From NCBI GenBank assembly GCA_051652765.1, contig JBOFUV010000034.1, positions 64,001 through 128,000 of the forward strand: DNA of 64,000 bases. Reading direction: 5' to 3'. Shown piece by piece: positions 31,235 through 42,992 of the stretch. Both the position numbers and the translations under genes were made by a program. The first letter of the stretch is position 1. Every line of letters starts with the position of its first letter. The DNA is from Microcoleaceae cyanobacterium (GTDB lineage: Bacteria; Cyanobacteriota; Cyanobacteriia; Cyanobacteriales; Microcoleaceae). A model generated the notes under the pieces. It made no database searches. It saw only the letters and a program-made list of their open reading frames with translations, and was not told the origin of the DNA.

Positions 31235-34200
31235 ATGGGCTTAGTACGATGGGGCCCTCCCACGAAAATTGTCGATATTTTCAAAGAAAATTATCACCTC
31301 AAAAATTTTATTGAAACCGGTACTTATCATGGGGAAACAGCCTGGTGGGCAAGTCAGAGATTTCAACGAGTAATCACGATTGAAAGATCAGAGATCATCT
31401 ACAAACATGTTCAAGCTAAATATTCTCACATTGAAAATATAGAATTTCTCGAAGGTGACACCAGAAGCCAATTAGATCGGATTGTACCCAGCTTAAATTC
31501 TCCCAGTCTGTTTTGGCTAGATGCTCATTGGAGTGGGGGAGAAACCTATGGGGAAGGTGATGAATGTCCCCTACTAAAGGAAATTGAGATTATTAACCGC
31601 TCTAATTGTGAACATTTTATTTTTATTGATGACGCTCGCTTTTTCACTTCTCCACCCGTCAAACCCCATAAGATTGAACATTGGCCTGATCTTACAACTG
31701 TATTAAATCTTCTCAACTCTTCCGCTTCTGAGAGATATATTGTCATCCTAGATGACGTAATTATTGCAGTTCCCCATCAGGCAAAGCAAATCTTGGCTCA
31801 GTATTGTCAACAGGAAAACACTAAGGAATGGCTAGTATATTGCCAGCAACAGCAGAATGATCAGTCTGGTATAGAAGTAGCAGAACTTCCACCCAAGAGC
31901 GCAGAAGTTTCAGTAACATCTGGTTATCTAGACTTGAAAAAACTTTGTCAGCAATACTCGATCATTCCACAGGGTATTATTCATATCGGTGCCCATGAAG
32001 GACAAGAATTGCAAGAATATCAAGATATGGGAGCTAATAAGATACTGTTTATTGAAGCAAACCCTTCCATCTTTCAACGATTGAAAAGAAAAATCAGTGA
32101 TTCTTCTAATGTTTTTGCAGTGAACTGTGCGGTTAGTAACCACAATGGAGAAACAATACTTCGTGTTAATGCCCATGATATGAGCAGCAGTATTTTACCT
32201 CTGAAGCGTCACAAAGACATTTACCCAGGAATGCTGGAAGTTGAGCAAGTTACTGTCACATCGAGAAAACTCGACTCTCTGCTACTAGAAAATAAATTTG
32301 ATCCTGCTGATTTTAATATCATTACCGTTGATATTCAAGGAGCTGAACTTCTGGCTTTTCAAGGTGCTACAGAAACTCTTCCCTATATTGAGGCTATCTG
32401 TACAGAAGTTAATTATGAAGAACTCTATGAAGGATGCGCCTTAATTGATCAACTCGATCATTTTCTCGGACAATACGGATTTGAAAGAGTAGCAATTTCC
32501 ATTCCGTCTCATCCTTCTTGGGGCGATGCTTTTTATGTCAAGAAATCATATTCTGACCTAAATGTTTCTCCTGTAAGAGTAAAATCTTTTTCATTATCTG
32601 ATTCTCCTGATATCAAGATTATTACCAGTATTGCACCTGAGAATTTAGAAAAACAAAGAGTAGCGATATCGACTTGGAAAAAATTAGGATTTTCAGTTAT
32701 TTCTTTGAATTCTGCTTTAGAAATTGAAAAATTAGAACCCCACTATGCTGATATTACATTGCAAATCGTTAGTCGAGATGCTCAAGCAGAAGTAGGCAAA
32801 CCCTTAATTTATCTGGATGATATGTTTTGCTATTTTCAAGATCATCCTTCAAAAATCTGTGCTGTTGTTAACTCAGATATCCAGCTACAAGCAGATGAAA
32901 ACTTTTCTAAATGGGTTTTAAAGGAAGCAGAAGATGCAATTATTTTTGGTTCCCGTATTGAAATTGAAACTCTGGAACAACGACAAGGAGAGTTGTATAA
33001 CAAGGGGTTCGATTTCTTCTTTTTTGATTCTAAGTATCTAAAAGATTTTCCGCCTTCTAAATTTTGCTTAGGCTTACCTTGGTGGGATTTTTATTTGCCT
33101 TTGATGGCTTTGCAACAGGGATGGACATTAAAACATCTGGTAACCCCAGTTGCTTATCATCTCAAACATTCTGTTAACTACAATAATCAGAATTGGCAAA
33201 AATATGGAATTGAGTTTACAAAATTTTTCAATATTCAGTTATCTCAATCTCTCCAACAACTCCAATTGACTCATTCAAATCAATTACAGAAACAGTTGAT
33301 TCAAGTAGCGAATCATTTTTTAGAAGAAGTTCATCAAAAATCAGTTCCTGTAGAATATCAAACAAAGATAATAGATACTCAATCAGTTTCAACTTGCCTT
33401 TCTCCATCTCTGTGGAAATCCCTAGAAATTCTCCCGATCAATTTTAATCTCAAGCGACCATTTTGGTCAGTGATGATTCCCACTTTTAATAAGGTTAAGT
33501 ATCTGGAACAGACCCTCAAAAGTGTTCTGAGTCAAGCACCTCATGAATGTGAAATGCAAATTGAAGTCGTGAACGATCATCCCGATCCAGCGATTCAGTC
33601 TGAACTAGAGAATATTGTGCAGAAAGTTGGCGCCGGAAGAATCAAGTTTTATCGTCATTCCTCGCAGGATATTGGTCAAACCGCCATTTTTAATCTGTGT
33701 TTGAATCGCGCTCAAGGACATTGGATTCACTTACTGCATGATGATGATTGGGTGTTGCCAGGATTTTATCAAGCGTTAGAACGGGTCATTTCCCAAGGGC
33801 CAAATGTTGGAGCTGCTTTTTGTCGTCACTACTATATTGATGAAAAAAATCGTCAACGTTCGGTTTCTTTTCTTGAACAAGAAACATCAGGAATCTTAGA
33901 AAATTGGTTAGAAAAAATTGCTATTTCTCAACGGATTCAACCTTCTGCAATTGTAGTGAAACGTAAGGTTTACGAACAACTAGGAGGGTTTAATCCTGAA
34001 GCTTCTTCTGCCGCCGATTGGGAAATGTGGAAGCGAATTTCAGTTCATTGCTCGATTGGGTACGAACCTCAACCCCTAGCTTGTTATCGTTTGCATTCCA
34101 TCTCCTGGACATCTCGCTTGATTCAAACCGGAGAAAATATTGCAGACACTCGCAAAGCCATTGAAATTTCTCAAGCTTACTTACCCTCAGAACAATCTGA

Positions 34201-37200
34201 ATTCCTATCACAACAGGCCAGGGAACATTATGCAATTTATGCTGTAAATACTGCAAAACAATTACTCGCTCAGGGAGAAGAAAAACCTGCAATCTCTCAA
34301 GTTCAAGAAGCTTTAAAATGTAGCCACTCTGCACAGGTAAAACAAGCAGTTATTCAACTTTTTGATAGGAGTGTAGAGCAAGAGGAAACTCATCGCCAAA
34401 AACCTGAACAGACTGCACTGAAGCAACCCGAAGTCTTAGAGCCTGCAATACTTTTGTCTGAAGTTTCTCGAAATACCGAACGATACCGTCAGGACGCGGG
34501 CAATGTTCAAGGAATTGAAAGGTTAAGACAATTGCGTCAGGCGATCGCCCAATTCTGGCTTAATACTCCTCTACAACATCTTCAACAAGCTTATGTTGCT
34601 GAAGTCGGTCAAGCTCATCAACTGCTATCAAATAGTGGATTAAAGAATGAACCCCTTACTAAAGCTGAACAAATCTCAGTTAATCAGTCATTAAGTTACC
34701 TGTCTCAAGGTATGAATCAAGCCAATGCCTTGCAACATTTATTGGCGGTGATATTGTACATATATCCTCATCAATTCCATTCACAGTGGTATCAGAAAGC
34801 TCCTATCCCAAAATGGTTTGTGCCGGATTATTTACAATTTATGCTATCTGCTCCTGACTTTTTCCAGAATGTTGGAGAAGTTCAGCAATATTATCAATAT
34901 TTTAAGAACTGGGTCGGCTATTTGCACGGTCGTATCTTTAGTGATCCAGACTCTAAAATCTGGCAGGAAATTGCCAATATTTTCTCAAAACGGGCTAACT
35001 TTATTCCCTTGTATTTTAATACTGAAAACTTGAAAGATCTCTATATTCAACGAGCTGATATTCTTCAACTCGCATTGAACAGCCAGGGATATTCCCCGGA
35101 ATATTCTTTTCCAGACAGATCTCAAGATCGTACTAAAATTCGTCTAGGAATTCTCAGTAGTCACTTCAATCCTCAGACTGAAACCTACGCAACCCTTCCT
35201 GTTTTTGAATATCTTGACCACAATCAGTTTGAAATTATCTTATATGCGTCTAATGTCAATGGCCACATTTTAGAACAATATTGTCAGAACTGTTCTGATC
35301 GATTAGTTAAGCTGCCTCAGAACTTATCAGAACAAGTGAAAACGATCCGAACTGATGATTTAGATATTCTTTTAATTGCCACCAATGTAACTGCTGTCAC
35401 CCATGGAATTACATTATTAGCTCTACATCGATTGGCTCGAATTCAGGTTGCTTCAACGCCATCCTGTGTGACGACTGGAATAAAAAATATTGACTACTAT
35501 ATTTCTGGCAATTTAACAGAACCTCCAGAAATTGCCCCAAGTCAATATCGAGAGCAGTTACTAACTCTTGCAGGGCCAGCTCATTGCTTTAGTTTTGCTC
35601 AGATTGATGAGTTGGCAAAGGTCAATCCTCAGCGTTCCGATTTAGGAATTAATCAACAAACCATTGTGTTCATTTCTGGAGCAAACTTCTATAAAATCAT
35701 TCCAGAACTGCGAGAAACCTGGGCGAAGATCCTGGCTCAAGTACCCAATTCAAGGTTGGTTTTATATCCTTTCAATCCAAACTGGACATCAAGATATGCA
35801 AAAGTTCCTTTTATTAAAAACTTAAACCAAGCATTTGCCAAGCATGGAATTGAACAGAGTCGATTAATTATACTTGATACTCAATCGAGCCGTGCTGACA
35901 TCAAAGAATATTTAAAATTAGCGGATGTCTATTTAGACTCTTTCCCTTTTTCTGGAGTGACTTCCCTAGTTGACCCCTTAGAAATTGGGTTAGTTCCGGT
36001 TACAAAAGATGGTCACTCATTTCGATCCTCCATGGGCGCTGCATTGTTGCGATCGCTCTCCCTTCCTGAATTGATTACTGATACTGAAGAAAGTTATATT
36101 CAGCTTGCGATTCAACTCGCAAAAGATCAACAAAAACGGGATCAATTTCAGGAAGAAATTCGGCAAAAGATGGGGAGAAATCCAAGTTTTCTGGATAGCC
36201 GAGCTTATTCTGAAAAGATAGGAGTTGCTTTTAGAACCCTTTTTCAGACCTGGCAGCAGAATCACAAACGCTCTACTTCATTCGCTTTAAATACCCCTGG
36301 AGAATGGCAAAGTTTCTTGACAGAATTAGTTAATGCTGTCAACCTCTATGATTTAGATAATTCCCAGCAAACCGTCGTTGATCAGTTACGTCAGTTACGG
36401 AGAGCTATGGCTGATTTCTGGTTAAGAATTCCAACTCAACAGCTAGAACTCTTTTACCAAAGAGATATGGGGAAAGGATATCAAATTTTGCTCAACCGAG
36501 GGATTCAAAGGGAATCATTAGCAGATGTAGAAAGCCAGTTTGTCGATCAACTAACACGGATTGCTACAGGGTTACTGCAGCCCAATTCCTTGAACTGTTT
36601 GATGGCAGCAATGCTTTATTATGTTCCGGGAAAAATGTTGGTGCGGGATGCAGAGAAACGTTTGCCTTCATGGTTATTAACAGATTATCAAAAAGTATTT
36701 GAAAGTCAATCTATTGTACAGGGAATTCAACAGCAAGAGATCCAAAAAACTTCAACTCAATTTTCACAGTCTGAGACTAGGGCTGAAACAATTGCTGAAA
36801 CCATAACTGATTCTTCCACTCCGAAAGTCCAAGTGCTGAAAGGCTCAAAGCCAACTGCCCAGGCGTTTTATAACCGTTTGGCTGGATGCCTGAACTTGTA
36901 TGATATTGATCCGTCAGAACAGTCTGTCCTTCAGGATTTACGTCATCTACGACACAGACTAGCAGAATTCTGGGTCAATGCTGCGGAAAGTGAATTGGAA
37001 TCCCTCTACTATGGAATTGTCGGAGAAGAACAGCAACTTCTACTCAAAAGTCAATTGATTCAAGAACCTTTAACTGAGGTGGAACAGAAATTTTTACAAC
37101 AACTTGTCCGTCAGTTAAATCAAGGGCTAAATACACCAAGATCAATCAATTCTTTACTTGCAGTTATGTTGTATTGTCACCCAAAACAGTTAAATATCCA

Positions 37201-37270
37201 GGATATTAAACAATTACCAATTTGGTTGCAAACAAGTTATCAACAGTTCACAAATCAAGTTGAGAATTAA
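31235..37270 (+). CDS. 2011-aa multidomain protein: SAM MTase-like + FkbM MTase + GT-like + GT2 + GT41/HMW1C-like glycosyltransferase with helical repeats
   Basis: FIETGTYHG/FWLDAH; IHIGAHEGQE/VDIQGAEL/WGDAFY; NSDI/LGLPWWD; SVMIPTFN/LHDDD; DLDILL/ADVYLDSFPFSGVTSLVDPL. Confidence 0.82.
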   Translation: MGLVRWGPPTKIVDIFKENYHLKNFIETGTYHGETAWWASQRFQRVITIERSEIIYKHVQAKYSHIENIEFLEGDTRSQLDRIVPSLNSPSLFWLDAHWSGGETYGEGDECPLLKEIEIINRSNCEHFIFIDDARFFTSPPVKPHKIEHWPDLTTVLNLLNSSASERYIVILDDVIIAVPHQAKQILAQYCQQENTKEWLVYCQQQQNDQSGIEVAELPPKSAEVSVTSGYLDLKKLCQQYSIIPQGIIHIGAHEGQELQEYQDMGANKILFIEANPSIFQRLKRKISDSSNVFAVNCAVSNHNGETILRVNAHDMSSSILPLKRHKDIYPGMLEVEQVTVTSRKLDSLLLENKFDPADFNIITVDIQGAELLAFQGATETLPYIEAICTEVNYEELYEGCALIDQLDHFLGQYGFERVAISIPSHPSWGDAFYVKKSYSDLNVSPVRVKSFSLSDSPDIKIITSIAPENLEKQRVAISTWKKLGFSVISLNSALEIEKLEPHYADITLQIVSRDAQAEVGKPLIYLDDMFCYFQDHPSKICAVVNSDIQLQADENFSKWVLKEAEDAIIFGSRIEIETLEQRQGELYNKGFDFFFFDSKYLKDFPPSKFCLGLPWWDFYLPLMALQQGWTLKHLVTPVAYHLKHSVNYNNQNWQKYGIEFTKFFNIQLSQSLQQLQLTHSNQLQKQLIQVANHFLEEVHQKSVPVEYQTKIIDTQSVSTCLSPSLWKSLEILPINFNLKRPFWSVMIPTFNKVKYLEQTLKSVLSQAPHECEMQIEVVNDHPDPAIQSELENIVQKVGAGRIKFYRHSSQDIGQTAIFNLCLNRAQGHWIHLLHDDDWVLPGFYQALERVISQGPNVGAAFCRHYYIDEKNRQRSVSFLEQETSGILENWLEKIAISQRIQPSAIVVKRKVYEQLGGFNPEASSAADWEMWKRISVHCSIGYEPQPLACYRLHSISWTSRLIQTGENIADTRKAIEISQAYLPSEQSEFLSQQAREHYAIYAVNTAKQLLAQGEEKPAISQVQEALKCSHSAQVKQAVIQLFDRSVEQEETHRQKPEQTALKQPEVLEPAILLSEVSRNTERYRQDAGNVQGIERLRQLRQAIAQFWLNTPLQHLQQAYVAEVGQAHQLLSNSGLKNEPLTKAEQISVNQSLSYLSQGMNQANALQHLLAVILYIYPHQFHSQWYQKAPIPKWFVPDYLQFMLSAPDFFQNVGEVQQYYQYFKNWVGYLHGRIFSDPDSKIWQEIANIFSKRANFIPLYFNTENLKDLYIQRADILQLALNSQGYSPEYSFPDRSQDRTKIRLGILSSHFNPQTETYATLPVFEYLDHNQFEIILYASNVNGHILEQYCQNCSDRLVKLPQNLSEQVKTIRTDDLDILLIATNVTAVTHGITLLALHRLARIQVASTPSCVTTGIKNIDYYISGNLTEPPEIAPSQYREQLLTLAGPAHCFSFAQIDELAKVNPQRSDLGINQQTIVFISGANFYKIIPELRETWAKILAQVPNSRLVLYPFNPNWTSRYAKVPFIKNLNQAFAKHGIEQSRLIILDTQSSRADIKEYLKLADVYLDSFPFSGVTSLVDPLEIGLVPVTKDGHSFRSSMGAALLRSLSLPELITDTEESYIQLAIQLAKDQQKRDQFQEEIRQKMGRNPSFLDSRAYSEKIGVAFRTLFQTWQQNHKRSTSFALNTPGEWQSFLTELVNAVNLYDLDNSQQTVVDQLRQLRRAMADFWLRIPTQQLELFYQRDMGKGYQILLNRGIQRESLADVESQFVDQLTRIATGLLQPNSLNCLMAAMLYYVPGKMLVRDAEKRLPSWLLTDYQKVFESQSIVQGIQQQEIQKTSTQFSQSETRAETIAETITDSSTPKVQVLKGSKPTAQAFYNRLAGCLNLYDIDPSEQSVLQDLRHLRHRLAEFWVNAAESELESLYYGIVGEEQQLLLKSQLIQEPLTEVEQKFLQQLVRQLNQGLNTPRSINSLLAVMLYCHPKQLNIQDIKQLPIWLQTSYQQFTNQVEN

Positions 37271-37288
37271 CTCGCCTTAATTGCACTT

Positions 37289-37903
37289 CTATAGTGACCA
37301 GATTGTATTCAAGTCCAAACTGAATCCCGGTAATACTGGATCACCACTCATTGTCACTGGTTTTTCTAAACATTCAACCTCAACTTCAGGACGGTAGACA
37401 TACACTTCTTTTTGGACTGGATCGATGAGCCAGCCTAATTTTGTCCCGTTTTTAATATACTCTTGCATTTTCTCTTGCAACACTTTTAAGCGATCGCTTG
37501 GCGACCTTAACTCCACTACAAAATCTGGACAAATTGGGGCAAACTTCTGGCGTTGTTCTGGGGGAATTTTTTCCCAGCGGGACTTTTCAATCCAGGCTGC
37601 ATCGGGCGATCGCACTGAACCATCAGGGAGAGTAAATCCACCGCTAGAACCAAATCCGATTCCAGTGCCATCTTGCTTTGCCCACATCCACAACTGCCCA
37701 ATCAAATCAAAGTTGCGTTCTTCAGTTTCTGAGCCTGTGGGTGACATAATAGCAATTTCTCCGATTCCAGTGCGTTCAATCCTGAGTTCACGGTTAATTT
37801 GACAAAACTCAAAAAATTGATCATTTGTCATTTCAATCACAGGATGAAAGTTGACCATTAAGGGCAGAATTTCTGCTGAGATGATCAGGGGGGTTGTCAT
37901 CAC
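37289..37903 (-). CDS. Uma2 family endonuclease
   Basis: GSSGGFTLPDGSVRSPDAAW, CPDFVVELRSPSD, GWLIDP. Confidence 0.92.
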   Translation of the reverse strand: MMTTPLIISAEILPLMVNFHPVIEMTNDQFFEFCQINRELRIERTGIGEIAIMSPTGSETEERNFDLIGQLWMWAKQDGTGIGFGSSGGFTLPDGSVRSPDAAWIEKSRWEKIPPEQRQKFAPICPDFVVELRSPSDRLKVLQEKMQEYIKNGTKLGWLIDPVQKEVYVYRPEVEVECLEKPVTMSGDPVLPGFSLDLNTIWSL

Positions 37904-37964
37904 AAAGTTACCTGAGATAATACCTGAAAAATCGTTTTTATCTTCATGATCGATCCTGCCAAAA

Positions 37965-39566
37965 CTACCATCCTAAACGCCGTTTACTGCCCTTTGGCAA
38001 GATTGTCCGCCAGTTGATTTTAGCAACAGCCAATTGTTGATCGGAGACCATCGCATCGGTTAAGTTGGCCCCACACAAATTGGCTCCGCGCAAGTTAGCA
38101 TTACTCAGGCTAACTCCGGTTAAATTGGCCCCTCTCAGATCTGCCTCTTCCAAATTCGCCAAACTCAGCCTAGCGTTGGTCAAGTTGGCATCCCGCAATA
38201 TCGCATGGCTCAGGGTTGCCCGACCAAAATCTACCCCCGAGAGGTCAGCCTGTTGTAAATTCGTTCTAACCAGACGCGACTCAGAAAAGTAGGCTCCAGC
38301 TAGTTTTTCTGACTGCAAGTTCCAACCACTCAAATCACAGTCTGTAAAGTAACGCTCTCCTTTGAGATAAGCCATCTTCAGGCTGGCCTCATCCCAACGA
38401 CCTGAACTAATGGAGGTCGGCGGAGCCAAAGCCGAAGGAGCCCCTTGAGATGAACTCAACCCTGCCGGGGATGAAGGCAGGGGCGGAGACTGACGACGAG
38501 TATTGCGTTGCCGGATTTGCTCAGCCTCCTTGGCATAGGGGCGCAAATGCAACGTGGCATCTTCCTCATGCACTGGCACAGCCTGAACCGGTTCTACTGC
38601 TGAGGGAAAATCAAGTTCTATAACCGTTGTGTGAGGGTCTAGTGTTGTGACTGCTGATGGGAGAAGATAAACCTCCTGGGTTAAAGCCTCCAACATTTCT
38701 TGGGCTGAAGCATAGCGATTGCCCACGAACATCTCTAGGGACTTTTGTAAAATCTGAGCAAAGGCATCACTCACACCAACCAGCGATCGCCACTGAACGA
38801 CTCCAGTGGTCGGATCATGCTCCAGAACATTAGGGGATTTGCCTGTTAACAAGTAAATACAGGTCATGCCCAAGGCGTAAATGTCACTGGCATAGACCGG
38901 TCTCAGGGCCATTTGCTCTGGGGGGGCAAACCCGGAGGTACCGATTGCAAAGTTAGTAAACGCGGTCTCCCCTGAACTGGCTTGGGTCACCTGATGGACT
39001 TGATCCTTGACGGCCCCAAAATCAATCAGCACCAACTGATGATCTTGCTGCCGTCGTAAAATATTAGCGGGTTTAATATCCCGATGAATCACCTCTTGAG
39101 AGTGAACATAGCTCAAAACAGGGAGAATCTCCTGCAAAAATTCCCGAGCCTGTTGCTCAGTGTAGGGGCCAGACTGTTGAACATCCTGTTTCAGATTGAC
39201 CCCATCGACAAACTCTTGAACCAGGTAAAATTGATGCTTGCCCGCAAAGTAATCGAGTAATCGCGGAATCTGAGGGTGATCTCCAATCTTGCCTAAGGTC
39301 TTAGCTTCCCGCTGAAATAATTCCCGCGCCATCTCTAACATCCGTTTCGACTGACTAGACGGACGAAGCTGCTTGACCACACACTTTGGATTACCGGGCA
39401 GGGACAAGTCTGTTGCGAGAAACGTTGCCCCAAACCCCCCTCTGCCCAGGGATTTAACAATTCGATAGCGATTCCGCAGCACTAACCTCGAACCACAAGC
39501 TTGACACTGTGAAGCATCCTCTGGATTTTCAGGATGGGAACATGCTGGGTTAAGACAATAGGTCAT
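37965..39566 (-). CDS. Ser/Thr protein kinase with N-terminal Zn ribbon and C-terminal pentapeptide repeats (SpkB-like)
   Basis: YCLNPAC...CQACG, LGRGGFG, HRDIKPAN, IDFG, ANLRGANLCGANL repeats. Confidence 0.92.
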   Translation of the reverse strand: MTYCLNPACSHPENPEDASQCQACGSRLVLRNRYRIVKSLGRGGFGATFLATDLSLPGNPKCVVKQLRPSSQSKRMLEMARELFQREAKTLGKIGDHPQIPRLLDYFAGKHQFYLVQEFVDGVNLKQDVQQSGPYTEQQAREFLQEILPVLSYVHSQEVIHRDIKPANILRRQQDHQLVLIDFGAVKDQVHQVTQASSGETAFTNFAIGTSGFAPPEQMALRPVYASDIYALGMTCIYLLTGKSPNVLEHDPTTGVVQWRSLVGVSDAFAQILQKSLEMFVGNRYASAQEMLEALTQEVYLLPSAVTTLDPHTTVIELDFPSAVEPVQAVPVHEEDATLHLRPYAKEAEQIRQRNTRRQSPPLPSSPAGLSSSQGAPSALAPPTSISSGRWDEASLKMAYLKGERYFTDCDLSGWNLQSEKLAGAYFSESRLVRTNLQQADLSGVDFGRATLSHAILRDANLTNARLSLANLEEADLRGANLTGVSLSNANLRGANLCGANLTDAMVSDQQLAVAKINWRTILPKGSKRRLGW

Positions 39567-40168
39567 AGTGCTTGAGAATGCTCTAAAAGTCAGTTTACTA
39601 AAAACCTGTCAGGCGCTGACGCTCACAAAACCAACCCGGAGTTGGCCTTGTTAATTCCTAAATGATTGATCCAGACAGTGAGTCTAGATTAGTCATCTAG
39701 ATCAGTGATCCAGATTGATTCTGTAGGCAACTGTTTTGCTGATCATTTCTGAATACGAATCGATCCATCCTCCCCTATCTCTATTATTCACAAATTCATC
39801 TCGGTTTTTTACTAGAACCCTCCTCAGGTTTATGAATCAAACCATAAAGGATAGTTTTCCGGCTGGCTGAGTTAGGCAAGATGCCTAACCGACAGAATCT
39901 TAGGGGTTATTTAATGCTGATCCCTAAGTTCTAATCATCCGTTCTGATCGTCTTCTTAAAGTTGGCGCTACAGTTCTCCATAGTGTGTGGTCTTTGTTGT
40001 ATCGTCCCTGGGTATAAAGTCTGGTTTTGCAGGTGACCAAAGCCTCTAGAATAGATAGAGTCATCCACGCCTGCCTGAAGACTTTAACTCAGACGTTAAT
40101 CTAGACCTGAATCTAGACGTTTTGCCATTGACCTAGTACTTTCTGATTATAGAAAACTTGACAAGCGA

Positions 40169-42646
40169 ATGCGTATTTCTCTCAACTGGCTCCGAGAACT
40201 TGTTGACCTCCATCTAACTCCGGAACAACTGGCAGAAACCCTGACTGTAGCGGGCTTTGAAGTTGAGGAGATTGAAGATCGCAGAACCTGGGCAGATGGG
40301 GTTGTGCTGGGTAAAATCCTAGAGACTGAAAAACATCCCAACGCTGACAAACTTAAGGTTTGTCAAGTGGATATTGGGGCAACTGCACCCTTGAATATTG
40401 TCTGCGGCGCTGCCAACGCCAAAGTTGGGATGGTGGTTCCCGTGGCCACAATCGGCACCCATCTGCCGATTGTGGATTTGACCCTGAAAAAGAGTAAATT
40501 GCGGGGGGTTCCTTCAGAAGGAATGATCTGTTCCCTCGCGGAACTGGGCTTGGAAAAGGACTCCTCTGGGATTCATGGCTTTAATCTGGCCAACCCTGAA
40601 CTCGGCAGCGATGTCCGACCGTTGTTGGGTCTAGACGATGTCATTTTAGACTTGACTGCTACAGCAAACCGGGCTGATGGCCTAAGCATGGTGGGCATTG
40701 CCAGGGAAGTTGCCGCCCTGACAGGAGCACCGTTGAGAATTCCTGAAGTCAACAACATTTCAATTCCAGAGGCATCCGGCGCTGAGTCTTCGGCTATTCT
40801 AACCGTGGCGATCGCCGATCCCTTACCGTGCCCGATCTACATCGGTACAGTGATAACTGGGATTACAATTGCCCCCTCCCCAGATTGGTTACAACGACGA
40901 TTGCAAGCCGCAGGAGTCCGACCCATCAACAATGTTGTCGATGTCACCAACTACATAATGTTGGAATGGGGCCAACCTTTGCATGGGTTTGATTGCGATC
41001 GCCTCCAACACGTTACAGGTTCTCAGGCGTTGACCTTTGGGGTACATTTGGCTCAATCCGGCGAGTCTTTGAAAACCCTAGATGGTCAAACCCGCCAACT
41101 TCAGCCTGAAACCCTTTTAATCACAGCAAATGATCAGCCTGTTGCCTTGGCCGGAGTCATAGGCGGTGAGGACACAGAAGTTCACCAAGGCACTCAGAAT
41201 TTGATCTTGGAAGCGGCAATTTTTAACCCCGTGTTCATTCGTAGATCGGCCCGTAGTCAGGGCATTCGCACCGAAGCCTCGACTCGATACGAACGGGGCG
41301 TGAATCCGATAGAGTTGCCCCTAGCCTGTCGGCGAGCGGTTCAACTGATCACTGAATTAACTGGAGGAACCGCCATTGTCCAAGCCTCGGCCAGCAGTTT
41401 GGCCAGTGAACCGACAGCCTCTCCAGTCTCCCTCAGGCTCCACCGAGTCAATGAAATCCTAGGCCCCCTCAAGCGAGGTGAAGTAACCTCAGGACAATCC
41501 TCCCTCCAGCCCGAAGAAATTGAGAAAATTTTAACGGCTTTGGGATGTCGGTTAGTGCGAGCAGATAAAGCGGGTTCGGTTGTGTGGGCTGTTACCGTGC
41601 CTCCCTATCGGGCTAAAGACCTAGAGCGGGAAATTGACTTGATTGAGGAAGTGGCTCGGCTCTACGGCTACGACAACTTCTGTGATACCCTCCCCAGCAA
41701 AAATTTACCGGGTTACCTGCCCCTAGACCAACAAGCCCTCCGTCAATTGCGGGCGGTATTCCGGGCTGAAGGGTTAACCGAGTTGATGCACTATTCCCTG
41801 GTCAAAACTGAAGGGCAACATCAAGTCACCCTATCCAATCCCCTGTTTGTGGAGTATTCTGCCCTGCGAACTGAGATGTTTTCTGGGTTGATCGATGCCT
41901 TTGTCTACAATCTAGAAAATGGCAATGGTGCGTTAAATGGCTTTGAAATTGGTCGAATTTTTTCAAAGACTGCGGACAAGACTGCAGATCAATTCACAGA
42001 ACAAGAGGTAATCGCCGGAATTCTGGGGGGGGATGTCACTCAGGGTCGCTGGGTGAGGGGAGGACAGCCCCAGCCCATGACCTGGTATGAAGCAAAAGGA
42101 ATTCTAGAAGGCATCTTTCGTCAATTGAACCTCACCGTTGATTGCAGACCAGATAGCACTGTTCCTCAACTCCATCCAGGACGAACGGCTGGTCTTTGGC
42201 AAGGAGACACCTATCTGGGAGTCTTGGGTCAACTGCACCCCCAGTTGAGGCAACAGCGAGAGCTACCAGATGACGTGTATGCCTTCAGTTTGAACCTGCC
42301 GGTGCTAATTGCAGCCGTGACCCAGATGGAAAATCGGGTGCGGCAATTTCAAGGGTTCTCTCTCCTACCGCCTTCAGACCGAGATATTGCCTTCTTTGTG
42401 CCGTTGGAAGCTCCCGTTGCCGAGATTTTACGCACCATCCAACAGGCTGGAGGAGCGTTGCTGGAGTCTGTAGAATTGTTTGATGACTATCGCGGTCAGG
42501 GGGTTCCTGAAGATCAGCGGAGTTTGGCCTTCCGACTGGTCTATCGGGCAGGCGATCGCACCTTAACCGATGAAGATATTGAACCCTTCCAGCAAAAAGT
42601 GCGGAAATCTCTCGTGGAGCAGTTTAATGCTTGCCTCAGAAGTTAA
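40169..42646 (+). CDS. pheT: phenylalanine-tRNA ligase beta subunit
   Basis: [46 protein letters not shown]-terminal anticodon-binding domain. Confidence 0.97.
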   Translation: MRISLNWLRELVDLHLTPEQLAETLTVAGFEVEEIEDRRTWADGVVLGKILETEKHPNADKLKVCQVDIGATAPLNIVCGAANAKVGMVVPVATIGTHLPIVDLTLKKSKLRGVPSEGMICSLAELGLEKDSSGIHGFNLANPELGSDVRPLLGLDDVILDLTATANRADGLSMVGIAREVAALTGAPLRIPEVNNISIPEASGAESSAILTVAIADPLPCPIYIGTVITGITIAPSPDWLQRRLQAAGVRPINNVVDVTNYIMLEWGQPLHGFDCDRLQHVTGSQALTFGVHLAQSGESLKTLDGQTRQLQPETLLITANDQPVALAGVIGGEDTEVHQGTQNLILEAAIFNPVFIRRSARSQGIRTEASTRYERGVNPIELPLACRRAVQLITELTGGTAIVQASASSLASEPTASPVSLRLHRVNEILGPLKRGEVTSGQSSLQPEEIEKILTALGCRLVRADKAGSVVWAVTVPPYRAKDLEREIDLIEEVARLYGYDNFCDTLPSKNLPGYLPLDQQALRQLRAVFRAEGLTELMHYSLVKTEGQHQVTLSNPLFVEYSALRTEMFSGLIDAFVYNLENGNGALNGFEIGRIFSKTADKTADQFTEQEVIAGILGGDVTQGRWVRGGQPQPMTWYEAKGILEGIFRQLNLTVDCRPDSTVPQLHPGRTAGLWQGDTYLGVLGQLHPQLRQQRELPDDVYAFSLNLPVLIAAVTQMENRVRQFQGFSLLPPSDRDIAFFVPLEAPVAEILRTIQQAGGALLESVELFDDYRGQGVPEDQRSLAFRLVYRAGDRTLTDEDIEPFQQKVRKSLVEQFNACLRS

Positions 42647-42722
42647 GGTTTTTCAGTCGCTTTCTTCGGAGTGACTAGACATCAACCACTAAAAACTATT
42701 CACTCAGAACCAACGATAAACT

Positions 42723-42992
42723 ATGCCAAAGTACGTCATGTTTGGAACTTACTGTGAGAACGTTTTAGAAAAGCGTGAACCTTATCGCCAAGCTCACCTG
42801 GCAGGGTTGCAACAACAGAAAGACGCAGGCGTTTTGATTACCCTTGGCCCAACTAAAGATGTCACTAAAGTCTTTGGCCTTTATGAAGCCGAGGATGAAG
42901 CAACCGTTAGGGAACTTGTTGAGGCTGATCCTTACTGGCAACACCGGGTCTGGACAGATTATGAAGTCAAGGAGTGGATTCAAGCCTTCTGA
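42723..42992 (+). CDS. YciI family protein
   Basis: REPYRQAHL, GPTKD, EADPYW. Confidence 0.85.
   Translation: MPKYVMFGTYCENVLEKREPYRQAHLAGLQQQKDAGVLITLGPTKDVTKVFGLYEAEDEATVRELVEADPYWQHRVWTDYEVKEWIQAF

Noticed and set aside
39871..39889. GTTAGGCA-AGA-TGCCTAAC containing both integron core boxes
   Set aside because: The order is reversed for an attC, there are no L boxes and no cassette context; a simple hairpin.
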